From an uncultured delta proteobacterium (lineage in GTDB: Bacteria > Desulfobacterota > Binatia > DP-6): a DNA stretch of 64,000 nt. Numbering within the stretch: the first letter of the stretch is position 1; each line of letters opens with the position of its first letter. Position numbers and translations under genes: made by a program. The stretch lies in the NCBI GenBank assembly GCA_963815115.1, contig CAWFFN010000007.1, positions 480,001 through 544,000 of the forward strand, in the 5' to 3' direction. Below, one piece after another: positions 34,824 to 44,477 of this stretch. A model generated the notes under the pieces. That model worked only from the letters and a program-made list of their open reading frames with translations. It did not search any database and had not been told where the DNA came from.

Positions 34824-35906
34824 ATGGCGGACCTCACGCCGGACGGCGTGCGCGCCGCGCTTCGTGCCGTGATCTTTCCCAACTTCCGGCGCGACATCGT
34901 GACGCTCGGCATGGTGAGCGACGTGCGCATCGAGGGCGGCACGGTCACCGTCGAGCTGCGGCCGGGGACCGACGACGCCGCGGTGCTCGAGCAGCTGGCG
35001 GCACGCATCCAGGAGGTGGCCGGACGCCTGCCGGGTGTGACCGGCGTGCGCGTGCTGGCGGCCGCAGCCGCCCAGGGACGGGGCAAGGACCCCTTCGTCG
35101 GACGGGCCGCGCTCCCGGGCGTGCAGCACGTCGTCGCAGTGGCGAGCGCGAAGGGCGGGGTGGGAAAGAGCACGGTCGCGGTCAACCTGGCCGTCGCGCT
35201 CGCCGAGATGGCGCCCGGCGGGGTCGGCCTTGCCGACATGGACGTCTACGGCCCGAGCCTTCCCCTCATGCTCGGCGTGAACGAGCGCCCGCGGGTATCC
35301 GCGGCCCGGCGCATCGAGCCGATCGAGCGCCACGGCGTGAAGCTCATGTCGATGGGCTTCTTCCTCGACGAGCAGTCGCCGGTCATCTGGCGCGGCCCCA
35401 TCGTGATGGGCATCGTGCGACAGTTCCTGCACGACGTCGACTGGGCTCCGCTCGAGTTCCTGGTCATCGACCTGCCGCCGGGCACCGGCGATGCGCCGCT
35501 CACGCTGGCGCAGCAGGTGCCGGTGGCGGGCGGCGTCGTGGTGACCACCCCGCAGGACGTGGCCCTCCTCGACGTCGGCCGCGGCATCGCCATGTTCGGA
35601 CAGGTGAGCATGCCGGTGCTCGGGATCGTGGAGAACATGGCCGGCTACGTCTGTCCGCGGTGCGGCACCGAGGACGCCGTCTTCGGTGCCGGCGGCGGCG
35701 AGCGCCTCGCCGAGCGAGCGGGCGTTCCGCTGCTGGCGCGCATCCCCCTCGCCCCCGCGATCCGCGACGCCGGCGACCGGGGGCGCCCGATCGTCGTCGC
35801 CGAGCCCGCGCACCCCGCAAGCGCCGCCTTCCGCGCCCTCGCCGCGCGCGTCGCCGAGGCGGTCCGGCGTGCCCCGCGCGTCGGCGTGGCCGGCGTGACC
35901 GCCTGA
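34824..35906 (+). CDS. mrp: Mrp/NBP35 Fe-S cluster carrier ATPase
   Basis: KGGVGKST, DVYGPS, VIWRGP, DLPPGTGD and ENMAGYVCPRC. Confidence 0.95.
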   Translation: MADLTPDGVRAALRAVIFPNFRRDIVTLGMVSDVRIEGGTVTVELRPGTDDAAVLEQLAARIQEVAGRLPGVTGVRVLAAAAAQGRGKDPFVGRAALPGVQHVVAVASAKGGVGKSTVAVNLAVALAEMAPGGVGLADMDVYGPSLPLMLGVNERPRVSAARRIEPIERHGVKLMSMGFFLDEQSPVIWRGPIVMGIVRQFLHDVDWAPLEFLVIDLPPGTGDAPLTLAQQVPVAGGVVVTTPQDVALLDVGRGIAMFGQVSMPVLGIVENMAGYVCPRCGTEDAVFGAGGGERLAERAGVPLLARIPLAPAIRDAGDRGRPIVVAEPAHPASAAFRALAARVAEAVRRAPRVGVAGVTA

Positions 35907-35922
35907 TCGGCGAGATTGCAGG

Positions 35923-35951
35923 TTGTCACGCGCCCGAGCGCATTGTAGGGT
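35923..35951 (+). promoter_or_regulatory. Putative sigma70-type near-leaderless promoter
   Basis: TTGTCA-N17-TAGGGT, 9 nt upstream of ATG 35961; no SD. Confidence 0.6.
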
Positions 35952-35960
35952 CCGCCGTCG

Positions 35961-36296
35961 ATGTCGACGATGATCACGGAGGAGTGCATCAACTGCGGCG
36001 CCTGCGAGCCCGAGTGCCCGAACACAGCCATCTACGAAGGCGGGAAGCCGTGGGAGAACCGAGGCGAGACGCACCCCGCCCTGATGCAGGACATCTACTT
36101 CATCGTGCCCGAGAAGTGCACCGAGTGTGTCGGCTTCTTCGATCAGGAGCAGTGCGCCGCGGTGTGCCCTGTCGACTGCTGCGTCCCCAATCCGGACGAC
36201 CCGGAGACCGAGGAGCAGCTCATCGTCAAGGCCCGGGTGATCCACCCCGAGCAGACCTTCGAGGCCGACTTCCCCTCCCGCTTCCGCAAGAAGTGA
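35961..36296 (+). CDS. YfhL-type 2[4Fe-4S] ferredoxin
   Basis: [12 protein letters not shown] and CTECVG....[11 protein letters not shown]. Confidence 0.95.
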   Translation: MSTMITEECINCGACEPECPNTAIYEGGKPWENRGETHPALMQDIYFIVPEKCTECVGFFDQEQCAAVCPVDCCVPNPDDPETEEQLIVKARVIHPEQTFEADFPSRFRKK

Positions 36297-36391
36297 GGGC
36301 TGGCGCGCTCCCGTTGCCTGCTCGTTTCCCGTTGGTTATATGAGCGGCGCTCCGCGCCGGGACGCGCTCTCCACCCGCGCGAGGGAGGATC

Positions 36392-37483
36392 ATGGGGAAG
36401 ATTCCCGTCGGCATCGTGGGAGTGGGGAACTGCGCGAGCAGCCTGGTGCAGGGGATCGAGTGCTACCGGGCGAATGATCGCGAGCCGATCGGGCTCATGC
36501 ATGTGCTGCTGGGCGGCTATCACCCGGGCGACCTCGAGGTGGTCTGCGCCTTCGACGTCGACCGGCGGAAGGTCGGGGCCACGCTCGACGTCGCCGCCCT
36601 GGCCCTCCCGAACAACACGCGGCCACTTCACCCGAAGCTGCCGACCTCGTCGGTGATGGTGGAGATGGGGCCGGTGCTCGACGGCGTCGCGGAGCACATG
36701 AAGACGTACCCCGAGGATCGGACGTTCCAGGTCGCCGATCGGCGTCCGGTCGACGTCGCCCAGGCGCTCCGCCGGAGCGGTGCCGAGGTGCTGGTCAACT
36801 ACCTGCCGGTGGGCAGCCAGCGGGCGACCGAGCACTATGCCCGCGCCTGCCTCGAGGCGGGCGTTGCCTTCGTCAACTGCATTCCCGTCTTCATCGCGTC
36901 CGACCCGCAGTGGGCCGGCGAGTTCGAGCGCCGGCGCATTCCCATCGTCGGGGACGACGTGAAGTCGCAGCTCGGTGCCACCATCCTCCACCGCGCGCTG
37001 GTCAGTCTGTTCGCGGATCGGGGGCTCGTCCTGGACCGCACCTATCAGCTGAACGTGGGCGGCAACACCGACTTTCTCAACATGCTGGACCACTCGCGCA
37101 CGGCCTCGAAGCGCGTGTCGAAGACCGACGCCGTGCAGAGCGTGCTGCCGCGGCCGCTGCCGGCCGAGGACATCCACATCGGTCCCAGCGACTACGTGCC
37201 CTGGCAGCGCGACAACAAGATCTGCTTTCTCCGGATGGAGGGACGCGGCTTCGGCAACGCGCCGGTCGAGCTGGAGCTGCGCCTGTCGGTACAGGACAGC
37301 CCGAACTCCGCCGGGTGCGTCATCGACGCCATCCGCTGCTGCCGCGTCGCCCGTGATCGCGGTGTCGGCGGCCCGCTGCTGAGCGTCTCGTCCTACCTGA
37401 TGAAGCATCCGCCCCAGCAGGTCCCGGACAGCCAGGCGCGCGACGACGTCGAGCGCTTCCTGCGCGGCGAGCTGGAGCGGTAG
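36392..37483 (+). CDS. ino1: Myo-inositol-1-phosphate synthase
   Basis: GVGNCASSLVQG, YLPVGS, GDDVKSQLGAT, QLNVGGNTDF and DSPNSAG; GGGAGG SD. Confidence 0.96.
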   Translation: MGKIPVGIVGVGNCASSLVQGIECYRANDREPIGLMHVLLGGYHPGDLEVVCAFDVDRRKVGATLDVAALALPNNTRPLHPKLPTSSVMVEMGPVLDGVAEHMKTYPEDRTFQVADRRPVDVAQALRRSGAEVLVNYLPVGSQRATEHYARACLEAGVAFVNCIPVFIASDPQWAGEFERRRIPIVGDDVKSQLGATILHRALVSLFADRGLVLDRTYQLNVGGNTDFLNMLDHSRTASKRVSKTDAVQSVLPRPLPAEDIHIGPSDYVPWQRDNKICFLRMEGRGFGNAPVELELRLSVQDSPNSAGCVIDAIRCCRVARDRGVGGPLLSVSSYLMKHPPQQVPDSQARDDVERFLRGELER

Positions 37484-37493
37484 GCGCGCGCCG

Positions 37494-38258
37494 ATGCCGG
37501 TCGAGTGCCGCCCCGGCACGGCGGCCGTGGCGGCGCTCGTGATCGGCGCCACGATCGCGCTCGCGCTCCGCGGCGTCGCCCGCACCGAGGTGAAGGAGCG
37601 CGAGCAGCGAGGCTCCGAGGATGCCCTGATCGGCCCTCGGGTGCGGGCCTGGTACCGGGGACTTCACGAGCCGATGGAGGAGCAGCTCGCGGGCTGGGGC
37701 GTGCGGCCCGATCACCTCACCTATGCCCAGCTCGCCGTCAGCATCCTCGCCGGGCTCGCCTTCGCGCGCGGGTGCATCTTTCTGGCGGGCTGGCTCACGA
37801 TCTGCGCCGGGACGCTCGACATTCTCGACGGCGGTCTCGCCCGCCGCACCGGCCTGGCCGGTCCGCGCGGCGCCTTCGTCGATTCGGTGGTCGATCGATG
37901 GTCCGAGGGTGCCACGTTCGTGGGGCTCGGTGTCTTCTTCCGCGGTGGCGCCATGCTCCTGGTGGTGGTGCTGGCCGCGTTCTCGTCTCACATGGTGAGC
38001 TACGTGCGCGCGCGCGCCGAGGGGCTCGGCGTGGAGCTCCGGACGGGAAGCGCACAGCGTCCGGAGCGCTTCGTCATTCTGGGCTTCGGCGCCTGGATCT
38101 CGGGCCTGATCGCGCACCTCGCGTGCCCGCTGCTCGGTCGCCAGACCCACGCCGTCCTGGCCGTGGCCGTCATCGTGCTGGCGGTGGCGTCCACCTGGAC
38201 CGCGGTGGAGCGGGCGCGCGCCGCGGCCGCGGCGCTGCGCGGCAAGGAAGCGGGATGA
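37494..38258 (+). CDS. CDP-alcohol phosphatidyltransferase (probable phosphatidylinositol-phosphate synthase)
   Basis: DILDGGLAR......RGAFVDSVVDR signature; SYVRARAE; adjacent to ino1. Confidence 0.9.
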   Translation: MPVECRPGTAAVAALVIGATIALALRGVARTEVKEREQRGSEDALIGPRVRAWYRGLHEPMEEQLAGWGVRPDHLTYAQLAVSILAGLAFARGCIFLAGWLTICAGTLDILDGGLARRTGLAGPRGAFVDSVVDRWSEGATFVGLGVFFRGGAMLLVVVLAAFSSHMVSYVRARAEGLGVELRTGSAQRPERFVILGFGAWISGLIAHLACPLLGRQTHAVLAVAVIVLAVASTWTAVERARAAAAALRGKEAG

Positions 38259-38434
38259 GCGGGCCGGGGTTGCGTCCGGTGGCGTTCCTGACGGCCATGC
38301 TCGGCTTCGGGCTCCGGCTGGACACGTCCTGGCAGGGCGGTGCCGCCGCGCTCCTGGCGCTCGCGGCGGTCCTCGGCGCGCTGGCGCTGCGACCGCCGCC
38401 CCGCGCTTTCGTCGCGCCCGACGAACGGCGATAA
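38255..38434 (+). CDS. Small hydrophobic protein (59 aa)
   Basis: ATGA-coupled; MSGPGLRPVAFLTAMLGFG...AAALLALAAVLGALAL; fills the gap in the operon. Confidence 0.5.
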   Translation: MSGPGLRPVAFLTAMLGFGLRLDTSWQGGAAALLALAAVLGALALRPPPRAFVAPDERR

Positions 38435-38459
38435 TGCCGGGCGCCGCGAGGAGGATGTC

Positions 38460-39473
38460 CTGCGAAACGCGCTCCGTCTGACCGTCGGTCTCGTCGTCTC
38501 GCTCGCGTGCCTGTGGTTCGCGACCCGCGGGAGCAACTGGGACCAGGTCTGGCGCGTGCTGTCGGCGGCGAAGCTGCGCTGGGTCCTCGCCGCGCTCTGC
38601 GCGTCGGCCGGCGCCATCTACTTCCGGGCCCAGCGCTGGCGGATCCTGCTCCGGCCGGTCGCCGCGGTGCCGCTCGGGCCGGCGTTCTCGACCACCGCGA
38701 TCGGCTTCGCCGCCACCTCCGTCCTGCCCCTGCGTCTCGGGGAGCTCATCCGTCCGGCGCTCCTCGCCCGGCGGGTCGGATTCGGGGTGAGCGCGGCGCT
38801 CTCGAGCGTCGTGCTCGAGCGGCTCTTCGACATGCTGTTCGTCATCCTCTTCTTCCTGGCGCTCTCGCTGGTCTACACGCTGCCCCCGGACCTGCGGCGC
38901 ACGGCGCTGCTCCTCGGCGGTGGCGCGGTGGTCGGCTTCGCGGTCCTCCTGCTGGTGCGGCTCAACCGGGCCAGAGCCGAGCGCCTGCTCGAGGGCGTGC
39001 TGGGATGGAGTCCCGCGGCCGTCGGACGCGCCCTCCGGCCGCTCGCCACCGGGTTCCTGGATGCGCTCGGGGCCCTCGAGTCGCCCGCCATCGTGGCCAG
39101 CGTCGTGCTGTACTCGGCGCTGCTCTGGAGCGCGAACGCCCTGCCATACCTCTTCGCGCTGCTCGCACTCGACATCGACGCGCCGCTGGTGCCCGCCGCG
39201 CTGGCGTCCATCGTCATCGTGGCGGCCTTCGTCTTCATCCCGCAGGGACCGGGCTTCGTCGGGACGTGGCAGGCCGGCTGCGTCCTGGCGCTCGATCTCT
39301 TCGGCGTCCCGAAGGACCAGGCGGTCGGCTTCTCCCTGCTCACCTGGGTCGTGCAGATGCTGCTCAATGTCGGGCTGGGTGGGTTCTTCGTCGCGCGCGA
39401 GGATCTGTCGCTGCGCCAGCTCGTGCGCGCGTCCGAGACCGCGGCCGCGACGGCCACGGAGGGCCCGCGGTGA
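38460..39473 (+). CDS. Lysylphosphatidylglycerol-synthase TM / flippase-like membrane protein
   Basis: RAQRW, LPLRLGELIR, LERLFD and PQGPGFVGTWQ; start uncertain (CTG 38460 after GAGGAGG). Confidence 0.85.
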   Translation: MRNALRLTVGLVVSLACLWFATRGSNWDQVWRVLSAAKLRWVLAALCASAGAIYFRAQRWRILLRPVAAVPLGPAFSTTAIGFAATSVLPLRLGELIRPALLARRVGFGVSAALSSVVLERLFDMLFVILFFLALSLVYTLPPDLRRTALLLGGGAVVGFAVLLLVRLNRARAERLLEGVLGWSPAAVGRALRPLATGFLDALGALESPAIVASVVLYSALLWSANALPYLFALLALDIDAPLVPAALASIVIVAAFVFIPQGPGFVGTWQAGCVLALDLFGVPKDQAVGFSLLTWVVQMLLNVGLGGFFVAREDLSLRQLVRASETAAATATEGPR

Positions 39474-40690
39474 GCCTCGACGGACGGCGCGTCCTCCTGG
39501 GGATGTCCGGCGGCATCGCCTGCTACAAGGCGTGCGACGCGGTCCGGCTGCTGGCGCAGGCCGGCGCCCGGGTCCAGGTGGTGATGACCGCCGGCGCCCG
39601 GCAGTTCGTCACGCCGCTCACCCTGCAGACGCTCTCGGGCCGGCCCGTCGCCACCGACACCTTCAGCCTGACCCAGGAGTCGGAGATCGGCCACATCCGC
39701 CTGGCCGACGAGGCCGAGATCGTGGTCCTCGCGCCGGCGACCGCCAACCTGCTCGCCAAGCTCGCTCACGGCCTGGCGGACGATCTGCTCACCACCGTGC
39801 TGCTGGCGACGCGCGCCCCGGTGCTGGCGGCGCCCGCGATGAACGTCCACATGTGGGAGCACGTCGCCACCCAGGCGAACCTCCGATTGCTGGCGGAGCG
39901 TGGCGTCGCCCTGGTGGGACCGGGGAAGGGCGCGCTCGCGTGTGGCTACGAGGGCCCGGGCCGGCTTGCCGAGCCGGCGGAGATCGTCGAGGCCGTGGAA
40001 GCCGTGCTGGCCCCCAAGAACCTCGCCGGCGAGCGCGTGCTGATCTCGGCCGGGCCCACGCGGGAGGCTCTCGATCCGGTCCGCTACCTCTCCAACCACT
40101 CGAGCGGGAAGATGGGCTACGCGATCGCCCGCGTGGCGCGCCGCCGGGGTGCCGACGTCGTCCTGGTGAGCGGGCCGACCGACCTGCCGGCACCCCCGGG
40201 AGTGCGCACGCTGATCGTCTCGACGGCGGCGGACATGGCGCGCACGCTCGAGCACGAGTTCCGCGCGGCCTCGATCCTGGTGATGGCCGCGGCGGTCGCG
40301 GACTACCGCATGCGCCGGCCGGCGACCCGCAAGCTCAAGAAGGGGTCCCCCTCCTTGTCGTTGATGCTCGAGCGCACGCCCGACATCCTCGCGAGCCTGG
40401 CGGCGAGGAAGGGACGGCGGCTCGTGGTGGGCTTCGCGGCGGAGACGCACGCCGTCCTCGCGGAAGCACGGCGCAAGCTCCGCGAGAAGCGTCTCGACCT
40501 GATCGTCGCCAACGACGTGACCGCGCCGGGCGCGGGGTTCGGCTCGGACACCAACCTGGTCCAGCTGATCGACGCCGGCGGGAGTACGGAGGCGCTTCCG
40601 ATGCTGCCCAAGGAGGAGGTCGCCGGGCGCATCCTCGACTGGGTCATCGCGCACCGGGAGCGCCGGCCCGCGCTCCGTCGCGTGCGATGA
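39470..40690 (+). CDS. coaBC: Phosphopantothenoylcysteine decarboxylase/ligase
   Basis: GGIACYK, APATAN, PAMNVHMW, LACG, GPTREALDPVRYLSNHSSGKMG and GFAAET. Confidence 0.96.
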   Translation: MSLDGRRVLLGMSGGIACYKACDAVRLLAQAGARVQVVMTAGARQFVTPLTLQTLSGRPVATDTFSLTQESEIGHIRLADEAEIVVLAPATANLLAKLAHGLADDLLTTVLLATRAPVLAAPAMNVHMWEHVATQANLRLLAERGVALVGPGKGALACGYEGPGRLAEPAEIVEAVEAVLAPKNLAGERVLISAGPTREALDPVRYLSNHSSGKMGYAIARVARRRGADVVLVSGPTDLPAPPGVRTLIVSTAADMARTLEHEFRAASILVMAAAVADYRMRRPATRKLKKGSPSLSLMLERTPDILASLAARKGRRLVVGFAAETHAVLAEARRKLREKRLDLIVANDVTAPGAGFGSDTNLVQLIDAGGSTEALPMLPKEEVAGRILDWVIAHRERRPALRRVR

Positions 40691-40700
40691 CTGCCGGCGC

Positions 40701-41561
40701 TCAGGCCGCGAAGGGCCCGAGCGCGTTCAGCTCCGCCTCCACGGCGGCCGGGATCTTGCCACGGTGCTTGAGGGTCCGCAGCTTGCGGCGCAGCGCGGCC
40801 GCGCGTGCCAGCGCGTCGCGGCCCGTGGGATCGGCTACCTGACACGCGCTGCGCCGGCCGTGAACCAGGAGGTCCTGGATGGCCGAGACGCACAGCCCGT
40901 TGAAGCGTTCGACCTCGCGCGCGGGCAGGGGATAGCGCGAGCGCGAGCCCAGACCGCGTACCATGAGCTGCCACTGCTCGGCCTGCTGCAGGGCCATCAC
41001 CCGGTCGAAGATCCGCTTGTTGGTGCGGAAGGAGAACAGCGTCCGCTCGACGACGCGCTCGAGCAGGCGATCGCAGTCGGCGTAGCGATGGTCGAGGACC
41101 GAGCGGATGAGGCGCCAGCGGTCGCGGCGCTGGGCGGCATCGAAGCGCGCCTCCCAGTAGATGTGGCGGAGGGTGCGGGCCTCGAAGCTGACCACGAGCT
41201 GCACGGGGACGAAGTGATTGTGCGAGTGCACGTCCGCCGCCAGGTGCGACAGGTAACCCCAGGCGAACGCCTCCTCGCGCTCGGTGCGGGCCGATTCCAC
41301 GATCTGCCATCCCACCGGCCAGCAGTGGCAATGGGTATAGAGGCTGCGGGTGTACTTCTTGGCGTGCATGATGTCGGCGGCGATGCAGCCGTAGAGGTAC
41401 GGCAGCCGGGAGCGTCCGAGGATTTCTTGAAGGGCCGGGGCGAGGCTGCTAAGGTTCTCGAGAATTTGCGAGCCGTGAACCAGGTGGGTCACCGGTCCCC
41501 AGGCATGCGCCTCGCCCGGCCAGCACAGCAGGAGTAGCACGGCCAGGCCGAGTAGGGACAT
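40701..41561 (-). CDS. Zinc-dependent phospholipase C family protein
   Basis: Signal ending AHA followed by mature N-terminal WGPVTH; GYLSHLAADVHSH and HIYWE. Confidence 0.82.
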   Translation of the reverse strand: MSLLGLAVLLLLCWPGEAHAWGPVTHLVHGSQILENLSSLAPALQEILGRSRLPYLYGCIAADIMHAKKYTRSLYTHCHCWPVGWQIVESARTEREEAFAWGYLSHLAADVHSHNHFVPVQLVVSFEARTLRHIYWEARFDAAQRRDRWRLIRSVLDHRYADCDRLLERVVERTLFSFRTNKRIFDRVMALQQAEQWQLMVRGLGSRSRYPLPAREVERFNGLCVSAIQDLLVHGRRSACQVADPTGRDALARAAALRRKLRTLKHRGKIPAAVEAELNALGPFAA

Positions 41562-42364
41562 TGCCCATCGAGCGTACATTGCGCGACCGACCCGCTCAAG
41601 GAGAACTCCACGCGCTGCTGGCCGCGGTCCGCGCGCAGGTCGACTACCAGCGTCAACTCGGGGTGATTGGCTACCCGGCCGCCGCGCGGCCGGCGCCATC
41701 CGGGGCGGCGCGCCCGGCGACGCCCGCGCCCGCGCCGCATCGTCCGGCGGCGCCCGTGCAGACCGCCAACCTCTTCACCGAGCCCGCGATGGCTCGGGCC
41801 GACTCCCTCGAGTCGCTGCGGGCAGCCATCGGCGACTGCCAGCGGTGCAAGCTCGCGCCGCACCGGACCAACCTGGTGTTCGGCGTCGGCAACCCCCGGG
41901 CCCGCCTGGTGTTCGTCGGCGAGGGACCCGGTGCCGACGAGGATGCGCAGGGCGAGCCGTTCGTCGGCCGGGCCGGCCAGCTGCTCACCGAGATCATCAC
42001 CAAGGGCATGCGGCTCGAGCGCTCGGACGTCTACATCGCCAACGTGATCAAGTGCCGGCCGCCGGGCAACCGCAACCCCGAGCCCGACGAGGTGGCATCC
42101 TGCGAGCCGTTCCTCCTGCGCCAGATCGAGCTGATCGGGCCCGAGGTGATCGTCGCGCTCGGCAAGTTCGCCGTCCAGACACTGCTCGGGAACAAGACGC
42201 CGATCACCCAGCTGCGCGGCCGCTGGTTCGATTATCACGGCATCCAGCTCATGCCGACGTTCCACCCCGCGTACCTCTTGCGCAACCCGGCCGACAAGCG
42301 CCTGGTGTGGCAGGACATCCGCCAGGTGATGGAGCGCCTCGGGCTGCCGGGAGGCCGGTCGTGA
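41561..42364 (+). CDS. Uracil-DNA glycosylase family 4
   Basis: CQRCKL, VGEGPG, PFVGRAG, KCRPPGNR and FHPAYLLR; start uncertain. Confidence 0.93.
   Translation: MPIERTLRDRPAQGELHALLAAVRAQVDYQRQLGVIGYPAAARPAPSGAARPATPAPAPHRPAAPVQTANLFTEPAMARADSLESLRAAIGDCQRCKLAPHRTNLVFGVGNPRARLVFVGEGPGADEDAQGEPFVGRAGQLLTEIITKGMRLERSDVYIANVIKCRPPGNRNPEPDEVASCEPFLLRQIELIGPEVIVALGKFAVQTLLGNKTPITQLRGRWFDYHGIQLMPTFHPAYLLRNPADKRLVWQDIRQVMERLGLPGGRS
41571..41599 (-). promoter_or_regulatory. Putative sigma70-type near-leaderless promoter for the PLC gene
   Basis: TTGAGC-N17-TACGCT, 9 nt upstream of ATG 41561. Confidence 0.5.
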
Positions 42365-43686
42365 GAACGCCGCACCCCGGCGCCGTGGCGGTGCTCGCCT
42401 GCGGGCTGATGTTCGCCGGCACGCCGGCAGGCGGCGCCGAGCCCCGGCTGGCGCGCATCGTGGTCGACGGCGGGATCAATCCGGCCGTCGCGCAGTACGT
42501 GCGGCGGTCGATCGCCCGGGCGTCGGCCGAGGGAGACGTCGCCCTCGTCATCCAGCTCGACACGCCGGGCGGGCTGCTCGAGTCCGCGCGCGCGATGGTG
42601 AAGGACATCCTCGGCGCGCCGCTGCCGGTGATCGTCTACGTGGCGCCCAGCGGCGCCGTGGCGGGCTCGGCCGGGACGTTCGTCACCGAGGCGGCGCACG
42701 TCGCGGCGATGGCGCCGGGCACGACCATCGGTGCCGCGCACCCCGTGGGCGGGCAGGGTGAGGACATCCCGGGGACGCTCGGGAAGAAGCTGGAGAACTC
42801 GACCGCGTCGTTCAGCGAGTCACTCGCGCGCCAGCGCGGGCGCAACGTCGAGTGGGCCGGGAAGGCGGTGCGGCAGAGCGTCTCGATCGGCTCCGACGAG
42901 GCCGCCCGCATCCACGTCGTCGACCTGGTCGCACGCGACCTCGACGACCTGGCCGCCCGGACGAAGGACCGCACGGTGGAGGTGGCCGGTGCGGCGCGCA
43001 CGCTCGACCTGAGCCGGACGATCGGCCCCGACGGACACGCGCGCGTCGTCGACTACGAGATGCGTCTCGCCGAGCGCGTGCTGGACGTGCTCGCCGATCC
43101 GAACATCGCCTATCTGCTGATGATCGCCGGACTGCTCGCCCTGTACATCGAGATGACCCATCCGGGCCTCGTCCTGCCGGGCGTGGCCGGCGCCATCTGC
43201 CTGCTGCTCGCGATGACGGCGCTGCACGTCCTGTCGGTCAACTACGGTGGCCTCGCGCTGCTCCTGCTCGGCGCGGGATTCCTGGTCGCGGAGGCCTTCC
43301 TGCCCACCTTCGGCGTGCTGGGCGCCGGCGGACTGGCGGCCTTCGTCCTCGGCTCGCTCTTCCTGTTCGACACCGAGGGCACCGGCGTCGCCGTGGCGCG
43401 CAGCCTCATCTTCGGCGCGGCGGGTGCGCTGGCGGTCTTCGCCCTCGTGGTGGGGACGCTGGTCATGCGCGCGCGCCGGCGTCAGCCGATCGGGGGACGC
43501 GAGGGCATGCTCGGCATGATCGGCGAGGTCCGCCAGCGGCTCGATCCACGGGGAACCGTGCTGGTGCGCGGCGAGTACTGGATGGCGACGAGCGAGGTGC
43601 CGGTGCAACCCGGGCAGCCGGTCGAGATCACCGGAGTGGACGGGCTCACGCTGCGGGTGCGCCCGGCGGGTATGTCCCGGTCCTGA
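42361..43686 (+). CDS. nfeD: NfeD-family membrane-bound serine protease (long form)
   Basis: [22 protein letters not shown], a TM block and an OB domain with GEYW; GTGA-coupled. Confidence 0.93.
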   Translation: MRTPHPGAVAVLACGLMFAGTPAGGAEPRLARIVVDGGINPAVAQYVRRSIARASAEGDVALVIQLDTPGGLLESARAMVKDILGAPLPVIVYVAPSGAVAGSAGTFVTEAAHVAAMAPGTTIGAAHPVGGQGEDIPGTLGKKLENSTASFSESLARQRGRNVEWAGKAVRQSVSIGSDEAARIHVVDLVARDLDDLAARTKDRTVEVAGAARTLDLSRTIGPDGHARVVDYEMRLAERVLDVLADPNIAYLLMIAGLLALYIEMTHPGLVLPGVAGAICLLLAMTALHVLSVNYGGLALLLLGAGFLVAEAFLPTFGVLGAGGLAAFVLGSLFLFDTEGTGVAVARSLIFGAAGALAVFALVVGTLVMRARRRQPIGGREGMLGMIGEVRQRLDPRGTVLVRGEYWMATSEVPVQPGQPVEITGVDGLTLRVRPAGMSRS

Positions 43687-43712
43687 GATCACGAGAACGG
43701 GGGAGGTGTCGC

Positions 43713-44477
43713 ATGCCTGGTAGCATCCTGCTGGTCCTGATCCTGCTCGCCCTGGCGGCGAGCGCCATCAAGATCGTGCGCGAGTACGAGCGGCTGGTGG
43801 TGTTCCGGCTCGGGAGGCTGGTCGGTCCGCGCGGCCCCGGGATAACCTTCATCATCCCGGGCATCGAGCGAGCGATGCGGGTCGACCTGCGCACCATCAC
43901 CATGGACATTCCGGGGCAGGACGTTATCACCAAGGACAACGTCTCGATGAAGGTCAACGCCGTGCTCTACTTCCGCGTCATCGATCCGAACCGCAGCGTC
44001 GTCGAGGTCGAGAACTACCTCTTCGCCACCTCGCAGAACGCCCAGACCACGCTGCGCAGCGTGTGCGGCGAGGCGGAGCTGGACGACCTGCTGAGCGCGC
44101 GGGAGAAGATCAACACCCAGGTGCAGAGCATCATCGATCGGCACACGGAGCCCTGGGGAATCAAGGTGGTGCAGGTGGCGATCAAGCACATCGACCTGCC
44201 CGAGGAGATGCGTCGCGCGATGGCGCGGCAGGCGGAGGCGGAGCGGGAGCGGCGCGCCAAGGTGATCGCCGCGGAGGGCGAGTTCCAGGCGTCGGAGCGC
44301 CTCGCGGAGGCCGCCGCCATCATGGCCAGGGAGCCGATGACGCTGCAGCTCCGCTACTTGCAGACCCTCACCGAGATCGCGACCGAGAACAACTCGACCA
44401 CCGTCTTTCCCGTGCCGCTCGACCTCCTGCGGCCGTTCCTGGAGGCGACGAAGTCGCCGCCCGACCGCACGCCGTGA
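43713..44477 (+). CDS. Slipin / SPFH (stomatin-like) protein
   Basis: [23 protein letters not shown] and [11 protein letters not shown]; GGGGAGG SD. Confidence 0.95.
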   Translation: MPGSILLVLILLALAASAIKIVREYERLVVFRLGRLVGPRGPGITFIIPGIERAMRVDLRTITMDIPGQDVITKDNVSMKVNAVLYFRVIDPNRSVVEVENYLFATSQNAQTTLRSVCGEAELDDLLSAREKINTQVQSIIDRHTEPWGIKVVQVAIKHIDLPEEMRRAMARQAEAERERRAKVIAAEGEFQASERLAEAAAIMAREPMTLQLRYLQTLTEIATENNSTTVFPVPLDLLRPFLEATKSPPDRTP

